A DNA stretch of 64,000 nucleotides from Candidatus Latescibacterota bacterium (GTDB lineage Bacteria > Latescibacterota > CBDEFO01): positions 1,807,607-1,871,606 of the forward strand of contig CBDEFO010000008.1 in NCBI GenBank assembly GCA_965237525.1, given 5' to 3'. Positions 1 to 9,920 of this stretch are shown one piece after another. Below the pieces are notes generated by a model. It made no database searches and was not told where the DNA came from. It saw only the letters and a list, made by a program, of their open reading frames with translations. How positions within the stretch are numbered: position 1 is the first letter of the stretch; each line of letters begins with the position of its first letter. A program made the position numbers and the translations under genes.

Positions 1-1027
1 GCTCTTCGGCGTCTCTGACCAAGAATTCCCCCGTTGCCTGCGTTGCAGCCACAGCCAATATGGGGATCTCATCGATCAGCGTCGGAACAATATCTCCACC
101 TATTTTTGTCTTTTTCAACTCCGAACCTCTCACCACGATGTCTCCTACGAGTTCGCCTCCACTTTGGTACTCATTTTCAACGGATATGCTCGCCCCCATT
201 CTCCTTAAGATGTCCAATATGCCTCGCCTTGTGGGATTCAGTCCCACGTCTTTGATCACAACCTCGGAATTAGGCACAATTGCCGCTGCTACTATGAAAA
301 ACGCCGCCGCCGAAATATCACCCGGAACGATACTATCGATCGCATCTAACTGGGCACCTCCCTCGACCGACACCTCGTATCCCTTTCTATCCTTCAGCCT
401 TACTGTCCCAACGTTCGCTCCTGCAGACCTCAACATCCTTTCTGTATGATCCCTCGTCTTTGCTGTCTCGATGATTGAGGTGCTGCCATCGGTGTATAGT
501 CCTGCCAAGAGGATGCACGACTTGACCTGCGCGCTTAAGACCGGCACCTCGTAGCGTATAGGCTCAAGGTCCCCCCCCGCGATCTTCAAGGGCGGATACT
601 CGTCATCCAGGCCCGAAATCTGGGCACCCATCAACCTCAAGGGCTTCATAATCCTCCCCATCGGACGCCTATTTAATGACTCATCGCCTTTCAGACAGCA
701 CTCAAAGCCCTGACCGGCTAATATCCCGGACAGAAGCCGCATCGTCGTCCCTGAGTTTTCGGCGTCCAGTTCGCCATCGGATCTCTTAAGCCCCCTAAGA
801 CCTGTGCCCTGAACGACTATCCCGTTATCGCTCATATCTACCTTTCCACCCAGTTCTCTTAGGCAGTTGACTGTGCTCTGGCAATCCCTGCCTGAAGGGA
901 AATTCACTATCCTGCTTTTCCCCTTTGCGATGCCTCCAATCATCGCAGCACGATGCGAGATAGACTTATCCCCCGGAACTACAACTTCTCCTTTTAGGAC
1001 TTTAGCCGGAGTTATCGTCCTTTCCAT
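1..1027 (-). CDS. aroA: 3-phosphoshikimate 1-carboxyvinyltransferase (EPSP synthase), N-terminal part; gene continues beyond window start
   Basis: Minus-strand translation from the ATG at about 1025-1027 reads MERTITPAKVLKGEVVVPGDKSISHRAAMIGGIAKGKSRIVNF...LRLMGAQI..., which matches the EPSP synthase family. No stop codon occurs before position 1. Not listed in the ORF track because it is open-ended. Confidence 0.85.
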   Translation of the reverse strand, partial: MERTITPAKVLKGEVVVPGDKSISHRAAMIGGIAKGKSRIVNFPSGRDCQSTVNCLRELGGKVDMSDNGIVVQGTGLRGLKRSDGELDAENSGTTMRLLSGILAGQGFECCLKGDESLNRRPMGRIMKPLRLMGAQISGLDDEYPPLKIAGGDLEPIRYEVPVLSAQVKSCILLAGLYTDGSTSIIETAKTRDHTERMLRSAGANVGTVRLKDRKGYEVSVEGGAQLDAIDSIVPGDISAAAFFIVAAAIVPNSEVVIKDVGLNPTRRGILDILRRMGASISVENEYQSGGELVGDIVVRGSELKKTKIGGDIVPTLIDEIPILAVAATQATGEFLVRDAEE

Positions 1028-1130
1028 AGATGCCCTGTTCTTTCAAATAGCGTTCCATTCGACTCAAAAACTCTTCAGCATGGGCGAGTAGACCTCGCCC
1101 CTACTTCATTCCAGTACGCCCGAATTGCCT

Positions 1131-1556
1131 CTAATTGTTCCTCTTCCATATCCTTTTTCCCTCTACCTGAACGTTGTGTATGAAAGGATAGAAGCTCAAC
1201 TTGTCCTCAGGAATATGTGAAGAGGGTATGATTTGAACGGATATAATGAATCTGAAGTCATACTTATCCTGGAGGTCGTACGCTATATCTCTTAGACTCT
1301 CCAGCAACTCCCGATCCTCAGAGGGAACAGCAACCAGAATATCAATATCCGATTCGGACGTGGAATCTTCTCTTGCCTTGGAGCCGTAGAGCCATATAGA
1401 GTCGATCCTATCTTCAAATTTCCCTACAACTTTCCCCACATATGTATCTATAATTACTCTTTCCTCATTCGACAGGCTCGTTATTGTCTCCAAACTATCT
1501 TTGCGATCTTCTATCATCTCCTCCTCGCCTCGTAGCCATAATTGAGGGGTAGCCAT
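1131..1556 (-). CDS. Minimal nucleotidyltransferase (Pol-beta superfamily, MNT-like)
   Basis: 141-aa ORF with the GSxxxG...SDIDIL nucleotidyltransferase motif (YGSKAREDSTSESDIDILV). It lies between tyrA and aroA. Confidence 0.55.
   Translation of the reverse strand: MATPQLWLRGEEEMIEDRKDSLETITSLSNEERVIIDTYVGKVVGKFEDRIDSIWLYGSKAREDSTSESDIDILVAVPSEDRELLESLRDIAYDLQDKYDFRFIISVQIIPSSHIPEDKLSFYPFIHNVQVEGKRIWKRNN
1462..1537. repeat. About 76-bp direct repeat, copy 1 (partner at 2226-2301, about 6 mismatches)
   Basis: tcctcattcgacaggctcgttattgtctccaaactatctttgcgatcttctatcatctcctcctcgcctcgtagcc matches tcctcatccgacaagcccgttattgtctctaaactatctttgcgatcttctatcatctcctccttgcctcgtaacc. Confidence 0.8.
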
Positions 1557-1593
1557 AAACTAAAGGGTCCCTTATGTAGAAACGGGGACAGAA

Positions 1594-2211
1594 TCATTTC
1601 TTTTGAGCTAGAATCCATAAATGATGTTCTAAATAATGGTGTTCTTCTTCCACATGAAGGAGTCTAAATCCAGCTTCTTGAATTAATTTCTTATTTTCTT
1701 CAATTGAATAAGAACTCCATGCCATCTCTGAACCAATCCACTCTTCAACAGCCATAAGCATTCCGTTCATTCCCATGGTAACAAGAATAGGCCCTTTTTC
1801 TTTGAGAATAATGTAAATTTTTTCAAAAAGATGTTTATGCTCTTCTCTCGGAATATGAAAAATTGCGTATAATGAAACAACAGCATCAAATGATCCTGAT
1901 TCAAAATCAATATTAGACAAATCTCCTTTTATGTATTTTGCCTGAGGGACATTCTTCCTTGCAATGTTGATATGTTTTTGTGAAATGTCTATGCCTGTAA
2001 TCTCGCAGCCAGGTTTAACGAGATATTTATCGTAGGGTATTCCAATACCAGAACCAAGATCAAGGATGTTTGCATTTTTAGGGATTAATTGCAATAATTT
2101 ATCAAGAAATCTTTGTTCCATTTCATTCAGGTTTTTATTTAATCTAAAGAATTTTTGGTAATCTCCCTCATCATATCCTTTTTCAACAATTTTCCGTATA
2201 TCTTTTGCCAT
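1594..2211 (-). CDS. Class I SAM-dependent methyltransferase (AT-rich, probably horizontally acquired)
   Basis: 205-aa ORF with motif I ILDLGSGIGIP. The gene is strongly AT-rich relative to neighbours and is bracketed by the 76-bp direct repeats. Confidence 0.6.
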   Translation of the reverse strand: MAKDIRKIVEKGYDEGDYQKFFRLNKNLNEMEQRFLDKLLQLIPKNANILDLGSGIGIPYDKYLVKPGCEITGIDISQKHINIARKNVPQAKYIKGDLSNIDFESGSFDAVVSLYAIFHIPREEHKHLFEKIYIILKEKGPILVTMGMNGMLMAVEEWIGSEMAWSSYSIEENKKLIQEAGFRLLHVEEEHHYLEHHLWILAQKK

Positions 2212-2225
2212 CTACAATTTCCCTT

Positions 2226-2301
2226 TCCTCATCCGACAAGCCCGTTATTGTCTCTAAACTATCTTTGCGATCTTCTATCATCTCCTCCTTGCCTCGTAAC
2301 C
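2226..2301. repeat. About 76-bp direct repeat, copy 2; overlaps the tyrA stop codon
   Basis: See copy 1. In this copy the repeat supplies the last 7 codons (GYEARRR) and the stop of tyrA in a different frame from the nucleotidyltransferase N-terminus. Confidence 0.8.
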
Positions 2302-3381
2302 TCCCATTGTCAACATTTTCACGGCCTTATCCGCCTCTCTATTTCCCTCGAAGGCCAACCTTAAAGTTCCTCCCTCGCCCTCCCTTACCTTGAGGACCTC
2401 TATGTCGCTGATATTGATGCCCTCATCTGCTAAAATCCCTGAAATCTGCGCGATCGCGCCAGGTCTGTCCTCAGCTACTACTAAGATCTCAGGGTGAGGT
2501 CTCAAGAATCCCTTAGAATCTTTCGGGATGCTCTCGCGCGTTCTGTTTGCTGACCGGAAGGCATCTTCGAGGCCCTTCTGTTTGAGCTTTCTTTTTGTAT
2601 CCTCAAGATAAGATATATACCGGTCTATCGTACCCAAGATACGATCTGTGTTCGTGGCGCAGATGTCCTCCCACATTGTGTAGGGACTCGAGGCTATCCT
2701 GGTCATATCCCTGAATCCCCCTGCGGCTAATTGAAGGAACAGGCCATTTTCCTCGTTCAATCTCCCCACCATCTGTACCAGCGCCACAGCCATCATCTGA
2801 GGGAGATGGCTGATCACGGCGGCTATAGTATCATGCTCGGAAGGAGACATCACCACGACCTTGGCTCCCAAAGATTTCAACAGATCTTCCAGACTGTTCG
2901 ACACTTCATCTGGCACATTCTTCCCCGGAGTCAAGACGTATATCGCATTTTGGAACAGGAATGGATCGGAAGCTCCTACGCCTCTGCTTTCGGACCCCGC
3001 CATAGGATGACCGCCTACGAAATAGGCTCCGCTTTTTAGGACACTTTCCGCCGTCGCGGTGATCTCTTCCTTTGTGCTCCCCACGTCTGTTATTATCGCT
3101 CCATCTTTTACGTATCTCGAGATTTCTCGCAAAAGTTCCTGAATTCTGAGTATAGGTGTGCACAAAAAGACAAGGTCGGCTTCGGCTATGTGTCCTTTCA
3201 TCTCCTCATAGGCGCACCCATCGTCTATCGCGCCTAATTGCAGAGCCTTACGGATCGTAGACTTTCTGCTTATGCCAGAAATCCTCCTATCTGATCCGGT
3301 CCTCTTCAGTGCCAGCCCTAAAGAACCGCCGATCAATCCTACACCCACAATTGCTATACTCTTAAAGTCCAATTCTTCCAT
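2278..3381 (-). CDS. tyrA: Prephenate dehydrogenase with C-terminal ACT domain
   Basis: 367-aa ORF. The N-terminal Rossmann motif is IAIVGVGLIGGSLGLALKR. Length and C-terminal ACT-like region fit. Confidence 0.85.
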   Translation of the reverse strand: MEELDFKSIAIVGVGLIGGSLGLALKRTGSDRRISGISRKSTIRKALQLGAIDDGCAYEEMKGHIAEADLVFLCTPILRIQELLREISRYVKDGAIITDVGSTKEEITATAESVLKSGAYFVGGHPMAGSESRGVGASDPFLFQNAIYVLTPGKNVPDEVSNSLEDLLKSLGAKVVVMSPSEHDTIAAVISHLPQMMAVALVQMVGRLNEENGLFLQLAAGGFRDMTRIASSPYTMWEDICATNTDRILGTIDRYISYLEDTKRKLKQKGLEDAFRSANRTRESIPKDSKGFLRPHPEILVVAEDRPGAIAQISGILADEGINISDIEVLKVREGEGGTLRLAFEGNREADKAVKMLTMGGYEARRR

Positions 3382-3459
3382 TCTAGCGCTCCAGATACAG
3401 CTCTTGTCTTTTCCTGTCTACCCCCCGTTGAATCTATCGGGGACCAGTGTTTACTATAC

Positions 3460-4574
3460 TTACTGCATTTTTTTCTCCACGACTGCTCCTATAGCCCTTA
3501 TCTCCTTCATCAGCACCTCGAACTGATCTGGGAAGAGAGACTGAGCACCGTCGGACAGGGCGTGATCGGGATCGTGGTGAACCTCGATCATCAGGCCGTC
3601 TGCTCCAGCAGCTATCGAGGCCCTTGCCATAGGTACCACCTTGTTCCTTATTCCCGTTCCCTGACTGGGATCGGATATGATCGGAAGGTGGGAGAGCTTC
3701 TTGACCACAGGGATCGCGCTGATATCCAGTGTGTTTCTGGTATATTTTTCAAATGTCCTTATTCCACGCTCGCAGAGGATCACTTTGTGATTTCCTCCCG
3801 AACAGATGTACTCCGCGGACATGAGCCACTCCTCAATCGTCGCGCACATGCCCCGCTTTAAGAGGACAGGCTTGGAGGTCTTCCCCAACTCCCTCAGCAA
3901 AGTAAAGTTAGCCATGTTGCGGGTCCCCACTTGGAAGATGTTGGCGTATTCCTCAATTAGTGCGATCTGGCTTGCATCCATAACCTCAGTCACCACGGGT
4001 ATCGAGAAGCTATCTCCAGCTTCGCGTAGCAGCTTTAAGCCCTCCTCGCCTAGGCCCGGAAGCTGTAGGGAGATGTCCGCGGTTTGAACGCTCCACCTCT
4101 TAGGATGTTTGCGCCGGAGCTTTTGATCCTTTCGGATATGATCCTAAGCTGATCTCTGCTCTCCACAGAACACGGACCAGCCATTACGGCAATCTTGTCC
4201 CCTCCGATCTCCACGCCGTTCACGTCTATGATAGTGTCCTCCGATTTGAAGCCTCTGCTGACCAGCTTGTAGGGTTCACTTATCCTGTGAACCTCGTGCA
4301 CTCCCGGAAGAACCTCAAGGTCTCTTTCGTCCAAATCTGTATTTGTGCCTATAACCCCTATTACTGTCCTTTCTACTCCCCTAGAAATGTGAGCGTCAAA
4401 TCCCAACTCCGAGAGCTTTTCGACAAGATTCTGCACATGTTCCTCTAACGCCGTACCCTCCATAACAATAACCATTCGTTCCTTTGACCTCCTTGAAATT
4501 AGTGGACAGCAAACCCCGATTGAATCTATCCCCGATTGAACCTGTCGGGGACTTGGGGAGGGAGTCAGGGGCAC
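3460..4574 (-). pseudogene. aroF: DAHP synthase (KDO8PS-like type I-beta with N-terminal ferredoxin-like regulatory domain), interrupted by a single-base deletion frameshift near 4046-4052
   Basis: ORF 4050..4574 ends ...IAVMAGPCSVES...LRGGAFKPRTSPYSFRA*. The -1 frame immediately continues GLGEEGLKLLREAGDSFSIPVVTEVMDASQIAL..., which matches the expected SFQGLGEEGL, and runs into ORF 3460..3996. The actual sequence is ttccgggcctagg, where ttccAgggcctagg would restore the frame. Confidence 0.7.
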
Positions 4575-4619
4575 CGCCTCGTTTCCCTGTATGCTGTCTA
4601 CTGCTTGCCGTATGCTTGT

Positions 4620-4880
4620 TTAACTTCCCCTTTGTAGTTTCCTGGACTCCTCGATAATCCTTTCAAATATCCTCCTAATCGCCTCGTCGCAGAGAGGTCC
4701 GTTGTTCAATTTTTGAACCCCATTCAAAATTGCAGTCTCTCTCTCGGGAGAATGGACATCTTGTCCCTTTTCCCCCTTTATTCTCCCTATCTCTAAAGCG
4801 CACTTGGCCCGGCGATTTATAAGCTCTGCCAAACGGGCGTCTATAGAGTCTATCTCCTCACGCCAGTCTGATATATCCAT
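4620..4880 (-). CDS. Chorismate mutase, AroQ class
   Basis: MDISDWREEIDSIDARLAELINRRAKCALEIGRIKGEKG... is a typical AroQ helix-1 motif. The upstream ATG at 4925 is overlapped by a palindromic repeat element, so the internal ATG is the likely start. Confidence 0.75.
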   Translation of the reverse strand: MDISDWREEIDSIDARLAELINRRAKCALEIGRIKGEKGQDVHSPERETAILNGVQKLNNGPLCDEAIRRIFERIIEESRKLQRGS

Positions 4881-4968
4881 AGGCAACTCCCCTTGTAAGT
4901 AGACAGTAGTCCCCGATAGATTCAATCGGGGATAGACAGGGCACGTCCTCCCATCCCGTTTAAACTGC

Positions 4969-5775
4969 TCAAAAACGGGCGGACTTCAAAAGACCTGTTA
5001 ACGTCTCTGTGTAATCACCTATCTTCGATACTAAAGATTCATCTTTCGTCCACTGGCCTATTCTCCTGACGATCGCGCTGCCCACGACCACAGCATCTGC
5101 ACAACTTGCCACCTGGACTACCTGCTCGGGTTTGGAGATTCCGAAGCCTACTGCTACAGGAATGTCCGTATGATCCCTTATCTTACTTACCATCGCCCCT
5201 ATTGAATCTTCAAGTTTATCTCTTTCGCCTGTCACTCCCGTTCTGGAAACGTAATACACAAACCCGGATGCCATCTTTGAGATCAGTGCTATCCTCTCCT
5301 CTGTGCTCGTCGGGGAAAGCAGGAACACGGTCTTGACTCCTCTTTCGTCCATCAACACCTTGTACTCATTCCCTTCTTCAGGCGGAAGGTCTAACAAGAG
5401 CACTCCGTCAATGTCCGCCTCGGCACACCTTTTCACGAACCTATTCACGCCGTATCTATGCACAGGATTAAAGTAAGTAAAGAGTACAATCGGAATCTGC
5501 GAGCTTTCCCTTAATTCCTCCGCCACATCCAGCACATCTTTCAGCGAGACCTTATTTTTCAGCGCCCTTTGCGAGGCTTCCTGAATCACAGGTCCATCTG
5601 CCAGTGGGTCTGAAAACGGAACTCCCAACTCGACAATATCCACACCTCTTTTTTCCAGCTCGATTACCAGGTCTTTGGTAACCTTCAGAGTCGGATCTCC
5701 CGCCGTAATATATGCCACAAACCCTTTCTGATTTTCACTTTTCAACTTCTCAAACTTTCTGTCTATCCTGTTCAT
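4969..5775 (-). CDS. trpA: Tryptophan synthase alpha subunit
   Basis: 268-aa ORF with [18 protein letters not shown] 4-bp overlap with trpB suggests translational coupling. Confidence 0.9.
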   Translation of the reverse strand: MNRIDRKFEKLKSENQKGFVAYITAGDPTLKVTKDLVIELEKRGVDIVELGVPFSDPLADGPVIQEASQRALKNKVSLKDVLDVAEELRESSQIPIVLFTYFNPVHRYGVNRFVKRCAEADIDGVLLLDLPPEEGNEYKVLMDERGVKTVFLLSPTSTEERIALISKMASGFVYYVSRTGVTGERDKLEDSIGAMVSKIRDHTDIPVAVGFGISKPEQVVQVASCADAVVVGSAIVRRIGQWTKDESLVSKIGDYTETLTGLLKSARF

Positions 5776-6965
5776 ACTTTCTGTCCTATATACTTAGCCG
5801 CCTCCTGAACGTCTTTGTCCCCTCGACCTGAAAGGTTAATTATGATAATATCGTCTTTATCACCATCTTTTGCAGCTTTAACCGTGTAGGCAACAGCGTG
5901 GGCGCTTTCAAGGGCGGGAATGATCCCCTCCAGTTCACTTAGCTTAGAGAAGGCCTCGATGGCTTCATCGTCCGTAGCATAAGTGTACTCGACCCTGCCT
6001 TGATCTCTCAAGAAGCTGTGTTCGGGTCCCACGCTCGCATAGTCCAGCCCCGCTGACACAGAATGCGTGGTGCTGATTTGACCGTCATCGTCCTGGAGCA
6101 CGAAGCTCTTTGTCCCTTGCAGAACTCCCAAGCCTCCGGTCTGAAACCTGGATGCGTGCTTTCCCGTCTCTATTCCCATCCCGCCGGCCTCGACGCCCAC
6201 CATCCGTACAGATTTATCTTTCAAAAACTCGTAGAAGAGACCTATCGAGTTGCTTCCGCCTCCTACACAGGCACAGAGAAGATCCGGCAGCCTGCCCTCC
6301 TTTTCCAGAATCTGCTGTCTTGCTTCCAGACCTATAATCTTCTGAAAATTTCTCACAATCAGGGGATAGGGATGGGGACCTAACACCGAGCCTATGATGT
6401 AGTGCGTGGTCTCCACATTCGTCACCCAGTCTCTGATCGCTTCATTTATGGCATCCTTCAGGGTCCTGCTCCCCGAGGCTACAGGTGTCACCTTTGCCCC
6501 CAGGAGCCTCATCCTGAACACGTTTAAGGCCTGCCTTTCCATGTCCTCTGTCCCCATGTAGATCTCGCACTCCATCCCGAAGACTGCCGCCACAGTCGCC
6601 GTTGCCACTCCGTGCTGTCCCGCTCCTGTCTCGGCTATGATCCTCTCTTTGCCCATCCTCCTTGCAAGTAGGATCTGACCCAAGGTATTGTTAATCTTAT
6701 GTGCTCCAGTATGGCACAGGTCCTCCCTTTTTAGGTATATCTTGGCCCCTTTAAGCTCCTCTGTCAGTCTCTCGGCAAAATAGAGCGGGGTTGGCCTCCC
6801 AGCGTACTGGCTTAAATAGTATCCCAATTCCTCCTGAAACCGGGTGTCACCTTTTGCGGTCTCATACTCATTCTCCAACTCCTCTAAAGCCGACATCAGC
6901 GTCTCAGGCACGAACTTCCCACCGTAGATGCCGAAGTGGCCTGTCTTGTCAGGTGCAGTCTGCAT
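5772..6965 (-). CDS. trpB: Tryptophan synthase beta subunit
   Basis: 397-aa ORF with the PLP-site motif [11 protein letters not shown]. Confidence 0.92.
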   Translation of the reverse strand: MQTAPDKTGHFGIYGGKFVPETLMSALEELENEYETAKGDTRFQEELGYYLSQYAGRPTPLYFAERLTEELKGAKIYLKREDLCHTGAHKINNTLGQILLARRMGKERIIAETGAGQHGVATATVAAVFGMECEIYMGTEDMERQALNVFRMRLLGAKVTPVASGSRTLKDAINEAIRDWVTNVETTHYIIGSVLGPHPYPLIVRNFQKIIGLEARQQILEKEGRLPDLLCACVGGGSNSIGLFYEFLKDKSVRMVGVEAGGMGIETGKHASRFQTGGLGVLQGTKSFVLQDDDGQISTTHSVSAGLDYASVGPEHSFLRDQGRVEYTYATDDEAIEAFSKLSELEGIIPALESAHAVAYTVKAAKDGDKDDIIIINLSGRGDKDVQEAAKYIGQKV

Positions 6966-6977
6966 AGTTTCCTTCCT

Positions 6978-7610
6978 CTATTTACCTGTCACGTTGAATA
7001 TGAACCTCTTCAGTTTCTCCCTGTCCTTTTTCCCGGGCTCCTTCTCAACTCCGCTTCCCACATCGACAGCATAGGGGTTTACTATCTCTACAGCCTCATT
7101 TACATTCTCGGGATTTAGTCCCCCCGACAGGATTATCCTGCCGAATTCTTTGGCCCTTAAGGCTACATTCCAGTCGAACGTCCTGCCAGTCCCGCCGTAT
7201 AGACCCTTATCGTAGGTATCGAGCAAGAATCCATCCACGTCGTAATCCTTCAAAGACGACCCCTCGAATTCTTTATCTATTCTTATAGCCTTAATGACAC
7301 CTCTTATAGCCTTAATGACACCTGTGTCAAACGAGGCGCAGAATTCCGGCGATTCATCGCCATGGAGCTGAAGCAGTGTAATACCGGCCTTATCTACGAT
7401 CTCCTCAATTTTCTCCTTCTCCTCGTTCACAAAGACCCCTACGGTAGTCACAAAGGGCGGCAGTCTATCGGTGATCTCCTTTACGGCACCCGTAAGCACG
7501 TAGCGTGGGCTTTTCGGGTAGAAGATAAATCCCAAAGCGTCCGCTCCCAGTTCGGCGGCGTAAAGCGCGTCGTCTATGTTCGTAATTCCGCAGACCTTTA
7601 TCCTTGTCAT
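6978..7610 (-). CDS. trpF: Phosphoribosylanthranilate isomerase; contains an in-frame 21-bp tandem duplication (VIKAIRG x2)
   Basis: The N-terminus is [30 protein letters not shown]. The 21-bp unit cttatagccttaatgacacct is duplicated at about 7282-7323. Confidence 0.85.
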   Translation of the reverse strand: MTRIKVCGITNIDDALYAAELGADALGFIFYPKSPRYVLTGAVKEITDRLPPFVTTVGVFVNEEKEKIEEIVDKAGITLLQLHGDESPEFCASFDTGVIKAIRGVIKAIRIDKEFEGSSLKDYDVDGFLLDTYDKGLYGGTGRTFDWNVALRAKEFGRIILSGGLNPENVNEAVEIVNPYAVDVGSGVEKEPGKKDREKLKRFIFNVTGK

Positions 7611-8149
7611 TCTTCCAATTTAAATGAGAAAAGCTGTACCACCGGGCGAAATTCCACAACGCCTATCTCTACAATTTGTCCCCGCATCGGCAGCGAGGCT
7701 CGCCCACAGATCTCCACAGCTTTGGGAACCAGATTTGGATCCAGATCCATAGCGAGCGTACAGTGAGGGACCCAGCGCCCCGGAAGATAATTCTCCCACG
7801 AGGGTTCGCTGACGTCCCGGACGAAACGATGAAAGTAAGAGTGGATGTCCAAAAGCTTATGTGTGACCGTCGGCGCGAGGAACACTACTCCCCTTGGAAA
7901 GATACCGACATTTGACAGGGTTACAGCAAAGGGGGATAGCTCCTTTGCAAACGATCTCAGTCTTGCCTCGAATTCTTCGGTATCAAGCTCGTTACAGATA
8001 GCGAGCGTTACATGAGGAGGATCGCCAGAATCAAGCATGTAGGAGGTAACCCCTGCCTCAGCGAGATCCTTCCATATATCTCGTATGGCAGCTTCACTAT
8101 CTGAATCCAGATACATTCCAATCGCAAGTGGCATAACAAAAGACTCCAC
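7607..8149 (-). CDS. 2H phosphoesterase superfamily protein (LigT / 2'-5' RNA ligase-like)
   Basis: Two H-x-T-x motifs (PHVTLA and PHCTLA) sit at a spacing typical of the 2H family. The gene is inserted between trpC and trpF. Confidence 0.6.
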   Translation of the reverse strand: MESFVMPLAIGMYLDSDSEAAIRDIWKDLAEAGVTSYMLDSGDPPHVTLAICNELDTEEFEARLRSFAKELSPFAVTLSNVGIFPRGVVFLAPTVTHKLLDIHSYFHRFVRDVSEPSWENYLPGRWVPHCTLAMDLDPNLVPKAVEICGRASLPMRGQIVEIGVVEFRPVVQLFSFKLEE

Positions 8150-8202
8150 CTTGGCTTTGAGGTTCGATATCCAACCAAAGAGTACTGATCAGAGCGCCCG
8201 TA

Positions 8203-9027
8203 TTATCCGAGATTACCCGCCGATGAGCCTGATGGCTTTATAGCTCGGACATATAGATACTCTGCCGCGTGATCCCGCCATCTTTGAAGCCAGGGGTGCT
8301 CTTTACATGCCTCCTTAGATGGGCGCGGTTCTTCGATTTCCTTCAAGGCGAATCCGGCCCCGATCAAAGCGTTGAGATATTCGGAGAGCGTCTTGGGAAA
8401 CCTCGGCACAAGAAACGGTGTAACATCCTCTTTAACGGGAGCCTTTGAGAATCTCCAATGCAACACTACTGGCTTGTCGTTGAAATAATCGGAGACTGTA
8501 AATTTGATGCAATTGCCCTGCTCATCACGTATCCACCCGTGACCTTTGGTCGAGAAACATGGATGAGTTATGCTGAAGATCAACTCGCCACCCGGATGAA
8601 GCACTCCGAAGATCTCTTCTACAGCGCCCTTGAAGTCAGGGCTGTCCATCAGCGCCAGGGATGAAACTACGATATCGAAGGATGCATCGTCGAAGAGGGA
8701 AAGATCGCAAAAGGATGCTACTTCGTAGCAAATCCCAAGGGGCTCCCTCTCTTCTTCCTGTCGAGCAAGTTCGATCATCCTTGGGGAAATATCCACACCG
8801 ATCATTCGCGCGCCGCTTCTGGCTAAAAGCCGCGTGTTGTAGCCCTCTCCACAGCCGGCGTCCAGGACCCTCTTTCCATTGCGGCCGCCGATGAACCTAA
8901 AGAAGGCGGGATTGTTAAAGTGCTCGCGGTAGGCGTCCCAGCCTCTGCGGACATGGTCTGCCCATAAGTCCGCATTGCGATCCCAATGTCGGGCGACTTC
9001 CTCTTCGGATAATTCCGAACGCTTCAT
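8203..9027 (-). CDS. Class I SAM-dependent methyltransferase
   Basis: 274-aa ORF with motif I VLDAGCGEGYNT and a post-I acidic residue (GVDIS). Confidence 0.65.
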   Translation of the reverse strand: MKRSELSEEEVARHWDRNADLWADHVRRGWDAYREHFNNPAFFRFIGGRNGKRVLDAGCGEGYNTRLLARSGARMIGVDISPRMIELARQEEEREPLGICYEVASFCDLSLFDDASFDIVVSSLALMDSPDFKGAVEEIFGVLHPGGELIFSITHPCFSTKGHGWIRDEQGNCIKFTVSDYFNDKPVVLHWRFSKAPVKEDVTPFLVPRFPKTLSEYLNALIGAGFALKEIEEPRPSKEACKEHPWLQRWRDHAAEYLYVRAIKPSGSSAGNLG

Positions 9028-9038
9028 CTCTTTAGCTC

Positions 9039-9830
9039 CTATCGAGCATTCTTACCTAATAATTCCCTTACTTTCTTACCGATGTCCTTCTCCCTTATCA
9101 ATGCCTCGCCCACTAAAATCGCATCGGCGCCGGCGTCCGTGAGCCTTAAAACGTCCTCTCTCGTGTTGATTCCACTTTCGCTAACTATAGTTATATCTTC
9201 TGGAATCTTATCTGTCAAATCGAAAGTGGTCTTCAAATCTGTCGTAAATACTCTCAAGTCCCTGTTATTTATGCCTATGATCCTAGCGTCGGCATCTAAT
9301 GCCCTGTTCAACTCCTCCTCGGTGTGCACCTCCACAAGAGCGGACATCGCCAACCTCTCGGCCAAGCTTGAGTAATCCCTCAACTGACGGTCGCTCAAGA
9401 TCGCCGCGATGAGCAAAATTGCATCCGCCCCCAATATCCTGGCTTCGTATATCTGGTATTCATCTACAATAAAGTCCTTTCTCAAAGCCGGAAGGTTTGA
9501 GACGCTCTTGATCATACCGATGTGCTCAGGTCTCCCACCAAAGTACTTCTCATCCGTCAAAACCGAGATCGCAGTTGCTCCGTTCTCCTCGTAAATTCGC
9601 GCTATCTCTTCGGGATCGAAATCCTCTCTGAAGACGCCTTTGGAGGGCGAGGCCCTTTTCACTTCTGCGATCAGTGAGATGTCCTTGTCCTTGATCAGGG
9701 CCCCGCCAAAATCCCTCGCCGGAGCGACGTCAGCTGCAGTGACCTTTATCTCCTCTATGGGCTGCAGGGATTTTGCATCCTCCACACAGCCTCTCTTGTA
9801 GTCTGCTATTTCGTCTAATATACCGGGCAT
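9039..9830 (-). CDS. trpC: Indole-3-glycerol phosphate synthase
   Basis: 263-aa ORF with the IGPS family motifs (EVKRASPSKG, NNRDL). Confidence 0.88.
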   Translation of the reverse strand: MPGILDEIADYKRGCVEDAKSLQPIEEIKVTAADVAPARDFGGALIKDKDISLIAEVKRASPSKGVFREDFDPEEIARIYEENGATAISVLTDEKYFGGRPEHIGMIKSVSNLPALRKDFIVDEYQIYEARILGADAILLIAAILSDRQLRDYSSLAERLAMSALVEVHTEEELNRALDADARIIGINNRDLRVFTTDLKTTFDLTDKIPEDITIVSESGINTREDVLRLTDAGADAILVGEALIREKDIGKKVRELLGKNAR

Positions 9831-9920
9831 CCAGCTATTATCATCGGTGTGTTTTTGTAGGGGCGAGGTTACCTCGCTCGGTGGGCAGCGAAACCCTGCC
9901 CCTAAATTTATTTTTAACGG

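Noticed and set aside
34-449. Plus-strand ORFs 34..255 and 60..449
   Set aside because: They are antisense to the aroA coding region, which matches EPSP synthase along its whole length on the minus strand.
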